Origin: an uncultured Gemmatimonadales bacterium
GTDB lineage: Bacteria > Gemmatimonadota > Gemmatimonadetes > Gemmatimonadales > Gemmatimonadaceae
Direction: 5' to 3'
Assembly (NCBI GenBank): GCA_963851265.1
Contig: CAWKNZ010000005.1
Coordinates: forward strand, 96,001 to 160,000
DNA: 64,000 bases
Shown here: positions 51,106-61,547 of the stretch, piece after piece
How positions within the stretch are numbered: the stretch's first letter is position 1
Layout: each line of letters begins with the position of its first letter
The notes under the pieces: generated by a model
Seen by the model: the letters and a program-made list of their open reading frames with translations, nothing else
Told to the model about the DNA's origin: nothing
Databases searched by the model: none
Translations under genes and position numbers: made by a program

Positions 51106-53574
51106 ATGCCCGTGCTCCCCGCTTCCGTCCCCACGCCGTCGACCGCGATCATCGCGGCGGCCATCCCTGCTCGTAGCCGAGCACACGCCGCGGTCGCGCG
51201 CATGGCCGGCGACATCGTCGGTACGGTGCGCGACAGCGCGTCGGGCCGCCCGCTCGAAGCTGCCGAAGTCAGCGCGCGACGCGACGGGCAGGTCGTCGCG
51301 AACGCGCAGACCGACGCGTTCGGCCGCTACACGCTGCACAACCTGCCTTCCGGGCACTACGTCGTGTCGGCGCGCTTCATCGGCTTCCGTGCCGGGGACC
51401 GCGCGCTCGACGTGGGCGCCGCCGGGGCCGCGACGCGCAGCGTCGATTTTGCGCTCACCACGGTCGCGACCGCTCTCACCGGGGTCAACATCACCGCGAG
51501 CGCGCCGGTCGCGGTCGACACGCGGACCGGCAACCAGACCTTCCAGCAGAACGAGTACCGCGGCGCGCCGACCAACACGACGTCGCAGATCCTGCAGCAG
51601 ACCATTGCCGGCGCGGCGCGCGCGCCGACGGGCGAGGTGCACATCCGCGGGCAGCACGCCGAGTACACCTACGTCATCGACGGCGTCCCGGTCCCGGCGG
51701 GCATCTCGGGTTCGCTCAACGAGCTCTTCGACCCGCAGGTCGTCAACCAGATCGACTTCATCACCGGCGGGTGGGACGCCGAGTACGGCAACAAGAACGC
51801 GGCGATCGTCGACGTGAAGACGCGGATCCCGGCGGGCGGCTTCCACGCGAACGTCGGCACCTACGCGGGCGCGTTCGACGGCGCCTCGACCGTCGGGAAC
51901 CGCGGGCTCAACGGCCAGTCCGTGAGCGCGAGCACGAACGCCGGCCGCTGGGGGTTCTTCGTCGCGGGGAGCCGGCAGTTCAGCGACATGCGCCGCGAGC
52001 CGCTCGTGTTCGACACGGCCGGCAACAAGTCGCTCAACTTCCACAACGACGGGCGTGACCTGTTCGGCTTCGGCAAGGTGCAGTACACGGCCGGGCCCAA
52101 CGACGTCGTCAACCTCGACGCCAACCTGTCGACGACGAACTTCGCGGTGCCGTACGACTCGACGGGCGGCGTGTTCAGCAACGACCGGCAGCGGGACCGC
52201 AACGCGTTCGTCAACCTGAGCTGGCGCCACCAGTTCGGCGGCGCGGGAGGCGGTGCCGGCGGCGGTGCCGGCGGCGGTGCCGCAGGCGGCCAGGCGTCGG
52301 CGACGTCGACCAACACGAGCTCCACGTCGACGTCGGTCGCGGGCGCGCCGGCCGACTTCTTCGGCGCGGTCTACTACCGACACGGCTCGCTCAACTACTC
52401 ACCAGACCCGCGCGACCAGGCGCAATTCGTGTTCGCGCCGGACACCGTCCCGTACAGTCTCGCCGAGCGGCGCAACTTCGACGCGTACGGCCTCGTCGCC
52501 GCCTACACGGCGCACCCGTTGCGCGAGCTGGAGGTCAAGGTCGGGACCCAGTCGTCGGTCACGCGGGGGCACGAGGACTTCAGCTCGCTCGACAACGCGG
52601 GGAACAGCGGGCCGGGGTCCAATTCCGCGCTCCGCGGGTCGGACGTGGGGGTGTACGCGCAGACGGCGTTCGCCCCCGTAGAGTGGTTCGAGCTCCGCAC
52701 GGGGGTGCGCTACGACGCCCACCGCGCGCCGTTCGCCGGGACGCAGCACCAGCTGAGCCCGCGCGTCCGGCTCAACTTCTTCCCGTCCTCGTCGACGACG
52801 CTCTACGCCTACTACGGGCGCCTCTTCGTCCCGACCAACGTCGAGGACCTGCGCGCGATCACCAGCTCGGCGTTAGGCGATTCCGTGACGCCCAACCCGA
52901 CGCTCCCCGAGCGCGATTCGTTCTACGAAATCGGCGCGGTCCAACGGCTGCCGTTCCTCGGGTCCTCGATCAAGCTCGCCGGCTACCGCAAGAACTCGTC
53001 GCCGGGGATCGACGACAACACCGTGCCGGGGTCGGCGATCACCACCTCGGTGAACATCGCGCAGGTGCGCGTGACGGGAATCGAGAGCGTGGTCGAGATC
53101 CGCCCGCCCGGGCCGTTCTCGGGCTACATCAACGCGTCGCTCAACCACGCGTACGGGCTCGGGCCGGTGACGGGCGGGTTCTTCCCCGTGGTGCCGCCCG
53201 GCGGGTACTTCGACCTCGACCACGACCAGCGACTCTCGCTCGTCGCGAGCGGGTTCTACAGCGCGCGCCACTTCTACGTGAGCGCGACGGGGATCTACGG
53301 GAGCGGACTGACCAACGGCGTGCAGCCGGCCGACTGCGAGTGCCAGTACGGGACGGGGCTGTTCGACTTCAACCGCGGCACCAAGGTCAAGCCGAGCGCG
53401 ATCGTGAACCTCAGCACCGGCTACACGTTCCTGACGCGCGGTGCGGTGGTGCGTCCGGAGCTCTACGTCGAGAACCTGTTCGACAAGACCTACCTGCTCA
53501 AAGGTGCGTTCTTCAGCGGGGCGTCGGTCGGCCGGCCGCGGAGCGTGCAGGTGCGACTGAACATCGGGATCTGA
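51106..53574 (+). CDS. TonB-dependent outer-membrane receptor (start uncertain, 51016-51106)
   Basis: CarboxypepD_reg-like N-domain, plug motifs (HIRG..IDG; ITGGWDAEYG), 'LSPR', 'VENLFDKTY', and C-terminal PRSVQVRLNIGI. Confidence 0.9.
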   Translation: MPVLPASVPTPSTAIIAAAIPARSRAHAAVARMAGDIVGTVRDSASGRPLEAAEVSARRDGQVVANAQTDAFGRYTLHNLPSGHYVVSARFIGFRAGDRALDVGAAGAATRSVDFALTTVATALTGVNITASAPVAVDTRTGNQTFQQNEYRGAPTNTTSQILQQTIAGAARAPTGEVHIRGQHAEYTYVIDGVPVPAGISGSLNELFDPQVVNQIDFITGGWDAEYGNKNAAIVDVKTRIPAGGFHANVGTYAGAFDGASTVGNRGLNGQSVSASTNAGRWGFFVAGSRQFSDMRREPLVFDTAGNKSLNFHNDGRDLFGFGKVQYTAGPNDVVNLDANLSTTNFAVPYDSTGGVFSNDRQRDRNAFVNLSWRHQFGGAGGGAGGGAGGGAAGGQASATSTNTSSTSTSVAGAPADFFGAVYYRHGSLNYSPDPRDQAQFVFAPDTVPYSLAERRNFDAYGLVAAYTAHPLRELEVKVGTQSSVTRGHEDFSSLDNAGNSGPGSNSALRGSDVGVYAQTAFAPVEWFELRTGVRYDAHRAPFAGTQHQLSPRVRLNFFPSSSTTLYAYYGRLFVPTNVEDLRAITSSALGDSVTPNPTLPERDSFYEIGAVQRLPFLGSSIKLAGYRKNSSPGIDDNTVPGSAITTSVNIAQVRVTGIESVVEIRPPGPFSGYINASLNHAYGLGPVTGGFFPVVPPGGYFDLDHDQRLSLVASGFYSARHFYVSATGIYGSGLTNGVQPADCECQYGTGLFDFNRGTKVKPSAIVNLSTGYTFLTRGAVVRPELYVENLFDKTYLLKGAFFSGASVGRPRSVQVRLNIGI

Positions 53575-54780
53575 CCGCGGCGCGCCGTCGCGGCGCGCCG
53601 AGCCTGGATCGGACCCGCGACCGCAGCTGCGGCGACCAGCGGGACCGGCGCAGCCGCGAGCCCCGTTCCGGTCACGGTCTGGGTCGCGTCGTAGCTCGGG
53701 TCGGCGTCGAAGAGGACGAGGGCGTAGCGCGCGCTGCTCGCGCCGCCGTTGGCCACCGACACGGTGCCGCCCGCGCCGCCGTCGTAGTTCACCACCGCCG
53801 CCTCCGGCGTCGCCGCGCCGGGCGCGACGACGCTCACCCGCATCGTGCTCGGCAGCGCGCCCGCCGAGGCGGCCTGCGTGCGCACCGTGGCCTGGCCGCC
53901 GGCCGGCACCGTGAACTCGAAGTACGCCGTCGTGCCACCGCGCAGCGGAACCGTCTGCGCCTGCCCGTCCGACAACGCGCGCGTCGTGAGCGGGTACACG
54001 CCCCCGTTGATCTTCCCTCCACCCTGCAGCGTGAAGCCGGTCAGCACCTGCCGGAAATCCCAGCTCGCCTGCCGGTAGCGCGCCGCGAGCGGCGACCCGT
54101 CGAGCGCCGGCACCGCCCCGTCGGCGTAGTTCGACACGGCCCAGTCGCGGAACCAGTCGGTGAGCGACGGACCGAGGCCCGTCGCGGTCTGCAGGTTGGC
54201 GAGCCCCGCCTGCGTGCTGTTGACGAGCGGCTGGAAGAAGGCGCTGTCCGTCTTCCCGCTCCGGTCGGCCGCGTAGCGGAGAAACGACCAGATCGCCCCG
54301 CGCATCTCGAGGAAGTCGTACGTCGTCGTCGCCCCGGAACTCGTCTCGGGGACGTACGGTCCGTACCGCGCGGTCGCCTTGAGGTAGAGCCCGAGCCGCG
54401 CCAGGTTTTGGACCTCGTAGCCGTTGAGGGCCGCGAGCCCCCCGGCCGCCGCGCTGATCGCCGACGGCGTGAGCCGGTCCCGGGGCGACTGTCCCGGCTG
54501 CCCCGCCGGCCCGAGACCGGACGCGCGGTAGAAATCGAGCTCCTCGGCGATGTGGCTCAACCCCTCGTTCAGCCAGAGCTCCTCGAGATAGTTGGGCGTG
54601 TCGAGCGTGTAGAGCCGCCGCGACGCGTTGATGAGGTGCTGGGACTCGTGCCCCAGCGTGGCGACGGACGTGCGGGCGACGAAGTCTTTCGTGCGCGCGT
54701 TCCCGTTGATCGCGCCCGACGGGTCGGGGACGAGCATGTAGAACATCTCGCTGTCCGACAAGGCGGGCGTGCAAGCGCAC
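53490..54780 (-). pseudogene. 5'-truncated secreted gluzincin metallopeptidase fragment
   Basis: HESQH + WLNEGLS zinc motifs only ~40 codons from the copA promoter; no signal peptide or N-terminal domain; 3' end runs into the TBDR gene. Confidence 0.6.
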
Positions 54781-54784
54781 GCGG

Positions 54785-54813
54785 TTGTATACCCCCAGGG
54801 GGTACCATAGATT
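54785..54813 (+). promoter_or_regulatory. CsoR operator within the copA promoter
   Basis: Palindrome TACCCCC-A-GGGGGTA (54790-54804) lies between TTGTAT (-35) and TAGATT (-10), 17-bp spacer; typical C/G-tract CsoR site, and csoR is in the operon. Confidence 0.85.
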
Positions 54814-54871
54814 TGAGGAGTAGCCGCACCTGGTGGGATCCCACCGCACGGACGTCCGCCCCCGACTCGTG

Positions 54872-57330
54872 ATGACGACCACCGCATCGACTCCGCCCAC
54901 GACCGCAGCGCACTCCGCGCCGGCGTCGGCCGCCCGGATCGTGATCCCGGTGACCGGCATGACGTGCGCCGCGTGCCAGGGGCGCGTGCAGCGCACGCTC
55001 GGCAAGGCCCCCGGCGTCGTGGACGCGGCCGTCAATCTGATGATGGGCAACGCCACGGTCGTCTACGACCCCGCGGCGACCACGCCGGACGCGCTCGTCG
55101 CGGCCATTCAGCGGACCGGCTACGGCGCGGAGCGCCCCGCGCCGGACGTCTCGGCGTTCGACGCGCAGGCCGCGCGCGACCAGGCGCAGGCGGACGAGTT
55201 CCGCGCCCTGCGCACACGCGCCGTGGCGAGCGCCGTGGTCGGCGTGGTCGCGATGGTCGCGTCGATGCCGCTCATGGCCGGCGAGCAGGCGCACGGGGCG
55301 GCGGGCGGCGGAGCGGTCGTCGACCCGTTCATGCGCTGGGCGATGACGGCGCTCACGCCCGCGCTCCGAGGAGCGCTGCCGTGGCTGTACGCGGTGCCAC
55401 CCGGCGCGATCTCGTGGGCCCTGCTGGTCCTCACGCTCGGCGTGATGGCGTGGGCGGGGCGGCACTTCTACACGCGCGCGTGGGCCGCACTGCGGCACCG
55501 CGCGGCCGACATGAACACCCTCGTCGCCGTCGGCACCGGCGCGGCGTTCCTCTACTCGACCGTCGCGACGGTCGCGCCGGGCGTGTTTCGGCGCGCGGGG
55601 CTCGCGCCCGACGTGTACTACGAGGCGGTCGTGCTCATCATCGCGCTGGTCCTGACCGGAAACGCGTTCGAGGCGCGCGCGAAGCGGCAGACGTCGCAGG
55701 CGCTGCGCGCGCTCGCGGCGCTGCAGCCGAAGACGGCGCGCGTCGTGCGGCCGACGCCGGACGGCGCCACGGCCGAGGTGGACGTGCCGGTGGAGAGCGT
55801 GCGCGGCGGCGACGTCGTGGTCGTGCGCCCGGGCGAGCGGGTGCCGGTGGACGGCGAGGTGCTGAGCGGCGCGAGCGCGGTGGACGAGTCGATGCTGACG
55901 GGCGAGTCGCTGCCGGTAGAGAAGGGCGTCGGCGCGCGCGTGATCGGCGGGACCGTCAACCGCACGGGCGCGTTCCGCTACCGCGCGACCACGCTTAGGC
56001 CGCGACTCCGTGCTCGCGCAGATCGTGCAGCTGATGCGCGACGCGCAGGGCACGCGCGCGCCGATCCAGGCGCTCGCGGACCGGATCAGCGCGGTCTTCG
56101 TGCCCGCGGTGATGCTGCTGGCCGCGCTGACGTTCGCGGCGTGGCTCGTCGCCGCGCGCGCGACGGGCGGGGCCGTCGACGGGGCCGCGCTCGTGCGCGC
56201 GATCGCGGCCGCGATCGCGGTGCTGATCATCGCGTGCCCCTGCGCGATGGGACTCGCGGTGCCCACGGCCGTGATGGTCGCCACCGGACGCGGGGCGGAG
56301 TTGGGCATCCTCATCAAGGGGGGCGAGGCGCTCCAGCGCGCGGGCGACGTGACCACGGTGGTGCTCGACAAGACGGGCACCGTGACCGAGGGGCGGCCGA
56401 CCGTGACCGACGTCGTGCTCGCGCCCGGCGTCGTGCTTGGCGCCGCGGCGCTCACCGACGACGCGTTGCTCGCCCTCGCCGCCTCGCTCGAGACGCTGAG
56501 CGAGCACCCGCTCGCCGACGCCATCGTGCGCGCGGCGCGCGCCCGCGGCCTCGCGCTGGCGATCCCCGAGGCGTTCGCGTCGGAGACCGGGCGCGGCGCG
56601 ACGGGCGCGGTCGACGGGCACGGGCTCGCGGTCGGCAACGCGGCGCTGATGACCGGTTGGGCGGTCGACGTCGCGCCGCTCGCGGGCGAGCTGGCGCGAC
56701 TGGCGCGCGAGGGGAAGACGCCGATGTACGTCGCGGTCGACGGGCGGCTGGCCGGCGTGATCGCCGTCGCCGACCCGATCAAGCCGACCACGCGGGCGGC
56801 CGTGGACGGGCTGCGCGCGATGGGGCTGGACGTCGTGATGCTCACCGGCGACCTCCGCCAGACGGCCGAGGCGGTGGCGCGCGCGGCGGGAATCGACCGC
56901 GTGGTGGCCGAGGTGTTGCCCGAGGGCAAGGTGGCCGCGGTGCAGGAGCTTCAGCGGGGGGGGCGCGTGGTCGCGATGGTCGGCGACGGCGTGAACGACG
57001 CGCCGGCGCTCGCGCAGGCCGACGTGGGCATCGCCGTGGGGGGCGGCGCCGATGTGGCGGTCGAGGCGGCCGACGTCGCCTTGCTGCGCGGCGACCTCGC
57101 CGGCGTCGGCCGCGCGGTCGCGCTCTCGCGGCGCACGATGCGCACGATGCGGCAGAACCTGTTCTGGGCGTTCGCGTACAACGTGATCGGCATCCCGGTC
57201 GCCGCCGGCGTGCTCTACCCGCGCGTTCGGCCTGCTGCTGAGCCCCATCCTCGCGAGCGCGGCCATGGCGTTCAGCTCCTTTACGGTCGTGTCCAACAGC
57301 CTGCGCCTGCGCCGGGCGCGGTTCGCCTAA
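54872..57330 (+). CDS. copA: Cu(I)-translocating P1B-type ATPase (two +1 frameshifts at ~55994 and ~57222)
   Basis: GMTCAAC HMA domain, [25 protein letters not shown], and MAFSS after frame correction; TAA at 57328-57330. Confidence 0.92.
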
Positions 57331-57348
57331 CACACGACGCCCCGGACC

Positions 57349-57774
57349 ATGCCCGCCCGAAAGTCCGGCCTCGCGGCCACGCCCCCCGTCGCGGAACCCC
57401 TCGCGCGCGAACCCCTCGCCGCCCCACCGGCCGCGCCCACGCCGGCCGCCTGCGGGTGTGGCTGCGGCCCGGCCGCGGACGACGGGCGCAAGGCCGTGGC
57501 GGTCGACCCGGGCGTCAAGGCGCGCAACCAGAAGCGCCTCCGTCGGATCGAGGGGCAGGTGCGCGGCCTGCAGCAGATGGTCGAGAACGACCGCTACTGC
57601 GCCGACATCCTGACGCAGATCTCGTCGGTGCACGAGGCGCTGCGCGCGGTCGGACGGGAACTCATGCGGAACCACCTCAAGCACTGCGCGGCGGGCGCCA
57701 TCCGCGGCACGCCCGAGCAGGCCGACGCGATGTACGACGAGTTGGTGGATCTCATGTACACGCACAGCCGCTAG
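57349..57774 (+). CDS. csoR: CsoR-family copper-sensing repressor
   Basis: RLRRIEGQVRG, YC...H..HC Cys-His-Cys ligand set; follows copA. Confidence 0.92.
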   Translation: MPARKSGLAATPPVAEPLAREPLAAPPAAPTPAACGCGCGPAADDGRKAVAVDPGVKARNQKRLRRIEGQVRGLQQMVENDRYCADILTQISSVHEALRAVGRELMRNHLKHCAAGAIRGTPEQADAMYDELVDLMYTHSR

Positions 57775-57778
57775 CGGC

Positions 57779-59314
57779 GTGCGCCGTGTCCCCTCGGGCG
57801 CGTGCGGCCTCGGGCGCGTCGTCCCGCTCGCGGCGCTGGTCCCGTCCGTCCTCGCCGCGGCGCCGCTCGCCGGTCAGCAGCCCCCGCCGCGCCGCCCGGC
57901 CGACACGACCGACGCCATGGCCGGGATGACGATGCCCGGCATGGCCACGCCCGGAACGGGCATGGCCGGCATGACCATGCACGCGCGCGATCCGCTCGGC
58001 GTGTCGATGGACCGCATGGGGTCGGGCACGACGTGGATCCCCGACGCGGTCCCGCTGCCGTCGTACATGACGTCCGCCGGCTCGTGGGACCTCATGGCGC
58101 ACGGCTTCGTCTTCGGCCAGTACGACGCGCAGGGCGGCCCGCGCGGCGGGCGCCAGTTCGGCTCCCTCAACTGGGGGATGTTCATGGCCTCGCGCGAACT
58201 CGGGGGCGGGCGCTTCCAGGCGCGCACGATGCTCAGCCTCGACCCGGCCACCGTGACCGGCCGCGGCTACCCGCTGCTCCTGCAGAGCGGCGAGAGCTAC
58301 GACGGGCAGCCGCTGCACGACCGGCAGCACCCGCACAACTTCTTCATGGAGCTCGGCGCGCTGTACGAGCGGCCGATCACCCGGACGTTAGGCATCTCGC
58401 TCTACGCCGCGCCGTCGGGCGAGCCGGCGCTCGGGCCGGTCGCCTTCATGCACCGCCCGTCGGCGATGGACGTCCCCACCGCGCCGCTCGGCCACCACTG
58501 GCAGGACGCGACGCACACCAGCTTCGGCGTGCTCACGGCCGGGCTCTTCACGCACGCGCTGAAGCTGGAGGCCTCGGCGTTCAACGGCCGCGAGCCCGAC
58601 CAGCACCGCTACGGCATCAACCCCATCCGCCTCGACTCGTACGCGGGGCGCGTCACCGTCAACCCGTCGGGCGCGTGGAGCCTGAGCGGCAGCTACGGCT
58701 ACCTGCGCAGCCCCGAGGCGTTGCACCCGGACGAGTCGATCCACCGCCTCGACGCCTCCGCGATGTACGGCGCGCGGCTGGGTGCCGACGGGCAGTGGGC
58801 GACCACCGTCGTCTGGGGCGCCAACCGGTACGCCGCGCAGCCCGGCCTCTCGCACAGCGGACTGCTCGAGTCGGAGGCGGTGCTCGACGCGCGCAACACC
58901 GTGTTCGGCCGCGCCGAGGTCGTGCAGAAAGGGGTCGAGGACCTCGCGCTCGACGCCGTGGCCGGCGCCCCGGCCGCCGCTTCGCTCCCAACCGCAACGC
59001 CCACCACCGCGGGGCTGCTGCCGAGCGCGACGCCGCCGGACGCCCGCTACACCGTCGGCGCGCTCTCGCTCGGCTACATCCGCGAACTCGGCCGCGTGCG
59101 CGGCGTCACGTTCGGACTCGGGGGGATGGGCACGATCAACGTGGTGCCCGCCTCGCTGCGCGGAGCGTACGGGTCGCGCACGCCCGTGGGCGGGATGGTG
59201 TTCGGCCGCCTCCGGCCGACGTGGCGCCGCGCGGCGGGCGCGCATGATGCGCACGACGGGATGCCGGGGATGGAGGGCATGGTGCACCACGGGGAGCATC
59301 GCGGGGGCGCCTGA
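57779..59314 (+). CDS. Secreted Met/His-rich putative outer-membrane barrel protein
   Basis: Signal peptide; MAGMTMPGM..MAGMTMH N-terminus; MGSGTTW, DRQHPH, HHWQD; His/Met-rich tail. Confidence 0.75.
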   Translation: MRRVPSGACGLGRVVPLAALVPSVLAAAPLAGQQPPPRRPADTTDAMAGMTMPGMATPGTGMAGMTMHARDPLGVSMDRMGSGTTWIPDAVPLPSYMTSAGSWDLMAHGFVFGQYDAQGGPRGGRQFGSLNWGMFMASRELGGGRFQARTMLSLDPATVTGRGYPLLLQSGESYDGQPLHDRQHPHNFFMELGALYERPITRTLGISLYAAPSGEPALGPVAFMHRPSAMDVPTAPLGHHWQDATHTSFGVLTAGLFTHALKLEASAFNGREPDQHRYGINPIRLDSYAGRVTVNPSGAWSLSGSYGYLRSPEALHPDESIHRLDASAMYGARLGADGQWATTVVWGANRYAAQPGLSHSGLLESEAVLDARNTVFGRAEVVQKGVEDLALDAVAGAPAAASLPTATPTTAGLLPSATPPDARYTVGALSLGYIRELGRVRGVTFGLGGMGTINVVPASLRGAYGSRTPVGGMVFGRLRPTWRRAAGAHDAHDGMPGMEGMVHHGEHRGGA

Positions 59315-59330
59315 CGGACCCCGAGCGCGG

Positions 59331-61151
59331 CTATCGCGTGCCCCGCGCCGCCCCGGCGCCGCCCCCCGCGCTCTCGCTCCGTGCGATCCACGCCTCCACC
59401 TGCGCCTCGAGCACGTCGAGGGGTACCGGGCCGTTGGCGAGCACGGCGTCGTGGAACGCGCGCAGGTCGAAGCGCTCGCCCAACCGCCGCTCCGCGCGCG
59501 CGCGCAGCTCACGGATGCGTAGCTCGCCGACCTTGTAGGCGGTGGCCTGGCCGGGCCAGGTGACGTAGCGGTTCACCTCCGCCTCGACGTTCGCGCGCGA
59601 GAGCGCGGTGTGCTCCAGCATGTAGGCGATCGCGCGGTCGCGCGTCCACCCCTTGGCGTGCATGCCCGCATCGACCACGAGCCGGCAGGCGCGCCACATC
59701 TCGTAGCTCAGCCGCCCCATCTCCTTCTCGGGCGTGTCGTACAGCCCCATCTCGATGCCCAACCGCTCGGCGTACAGACCCCACCCTTCCGTGAACGCCG
59801 TGAAGGCGACGCCGTAGCGGCGGAAGGGGGGCAGGTCCAGCTCCTGCGCGAGCGCGATCTGCTGGTGGTGCCCGGGTACCGCCTCGTGCATCGTGAGCGC
59901 GGGCAGCTCGTAGTAAGGCCGCTGGTCGAGCTTGCTCGTGTTCACCCAGTAGATGCCCGGGCGCCCCCCCTCGAGCGAGCCCGGGCCGTAGTAGGCGGTC
60001 GTCGTGCCCGGCGCGATCGCGTCGGGGATGGCGCGCACGGTGTAGGGGAGGCGCGGCAGTCGGCCGAAGTACTTCGGCATCTCGCCGTCGATGCGCTTGG
60101 CGAGCACCGAGGCGGCCGCGAGCAGCTCCGCCGGCGTCGTCGGGTAGTACTGCGGGTTGCTCCGCAGGTGCGCGACGAACGCGGTACGGTCGGCGTAGCC
60201 GGCGCGCGCGGCGAGCGAATCCATCGCCGCCCCGATGCGCGCGACCTCCGACAGGCCGAGCGTGTGGATCTGGTCGGGCGTGAGGTCGGTGGTCGTCTCG
60301 CGGTGCACGCGGAACGCGTAATAGGCCGCGCCGTTGGGCGTGGCCGAGACCCCGGCCGCGGCGCGGCAGCGCGGCGCGTAGTCGTGCTGGTAGAACGAGA
60401 GGAGCGCCGCGTAGGCCGGGTAGACCGAGTCGCGCACGGCGGCGACGGCGCGCTCGCGGAGCCCGGTCCAGGCCGAGTCGGGGATGAACGCCGGCCGGCG
60501 CGCGAACGGCTGCAGGAAGCGCGACAAGTCGGGCGGGCCGGCGATCACGCCGCGCATCGTGCCCTCATAGCCGACGAACGGCGCGCACGGCTGCGCGAAG
60601 CCGCCGGCGAGCGCGGCGCGCGTGGTCGCGATGCCGCCGCGGTTGTAGCGCGGGAAGGCGGCGAGGCGCGCCACGTACGCCTCGTAGTCGGCGCGGTCGC
60701 GGAACGGGTGCCGGTCGGGAAGGTCCGCGAAGGCGGTGTGCCACCCGGAGTAGGTGGTGAACAGCACCGTGCGCTGTCCGAAGCCGTTCGCCTCGACCAT
60801 CTCCTGCAGGTCGCGGCGGAGGATGGCGCGCGAGACGCGCTCGCCGGGCGCGAGGCGCGCGGTGTCGAGCGCGTCCGCGCGCGCGAGGAAGCCCGCGGCC
60901 TCGCGCGCGCGCCGGTCCATGGCCGCGAGCGTGAGGTCGCCCAGCTCGGCGTCGTACGCGCGGACGCCGAGCGTCGTGGCGAGGAGCGGGTTGTCGCGCA
61001 GGACCCACTGCCAGTGCTCGTCGAGGAGCTGCTGGAACGGCGTGCGCGGCGCGGGCGCCTGGCCCTGGAGCGACGCGGCGACGACGGTGAGCGCGGCAAG
61101 GGCGAGGGCGACCGGGGCGGCCGTCGCGCGGCGGCGTGGTGGGCGGGGCAT
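59331..61151 (-). CDS. DUF885 family protein (putative zinc peptidase)
   Basis: Signal peptide; HEAVPGHH, EGWGLYAE, WRACRLVVD and PGQATAYKVG motifs. Confidence 0.92.
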   Translation of the reverse strand: MPRPPRRRATAAPVALALAALTVVAASLQGQAPAPRTPFQQLLDEHWQWVLRDNPLLATTLGVRAYDAELGDLTLAAMDRRAREAAGFLARADALDTARLAPGERVSRAILRRDLQEMVEANGFGQRTVLFTTYSGWHTAFADLPDRHPFRDRADYEAYVARLAAFPRYNRGGIATTRAALAGGFAQPCAPFVGYEGTMRGVIAGPPDLSRFLQPFARRPAFIPDSAWTGLRERAVAAVRDSVYPAYAALLSFYQHDYAPRCRAAAGVSATPNGAAYYAFRVHRETTTDLTPDQIHTLGLSEVARIGAAMDSLAARAGYADRTAFVAHLRSNPQYYPTTPAELLAAASVLAKRIDGEMPKYFGRLPRLPYTVRAIPDAIAPGTTTAYYGPGSLEGGRPGIYWVNTSKLDQRPYYELPALTMHEAVPGHHQQIALAQELDLPPFRRYGVAFTAFTEGWGLYAERLGIEMGLYDTPEKEMGRLSYEMWRACRLVVDAGMHAKGWTRDRAIAYMLEHTALSRANVEAEVNRYVTWPGQATAYKVGELRIRELRARAERRLGERFDLRAFHDAVLANGPVPLDVLEAQVEAWIARSESAGGGAGAARGTR

Positions 61152-61292
61152 GGTGCGCGAAGCTCGCTCGCGCGTCGGGCCGCGGCAACTCGGGCGCGCG
61201 GGAGCGCGTCGTCGTGCGCCGATACCGCCCGTCGCGGGTACATTGAGAGGCTGACGACGCTTCCGTCGCCGGCGTTCTCCCACCGAGTCCGC

Positions 61293-61547
61293 ATGAGCTC
61301 GCAGATCACGGTGACCACCCTGCTGTTCGCCTCGTACGCCGACGCCCTCGGGCGCTCGTCGGTACCCGTGACGCTGCGCGCGCCGGCGACGGTCGGCGCG
61401 CTGCTCGACCACGTGCGCGCGCTGCCCGGCGCCGGGCGGTTGCCGCCCGCGCCGCTCGTCGCCGTGAACGCGGCGTACGCGTCGGCAGGGCACGTGCTGG
61501 CCGACGGCGACGAGGTCGCGCTGATTCCGCCCGTGGCGGGTGGCTGA
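61293..61547 (+). CDS. moaD: Molybdopterin synthase sulfur carrier
   Basis: LLFA, AVN and DEVALIPPVAGG C-terminus. Confidence 0.92.
   Translation: MSSQITVTTLLFASYADALGRSSVPVTLRAPATVGALLDHVRALPGAGRLPPAPLVAVNAAYASAGHVLADGDEVALIPPVAGG

Noticed and set aside
61152..61292. Moco riboswitch upstream of moaD
   Set aside because: No recognisable consensus by eye in this short divergent spacer.
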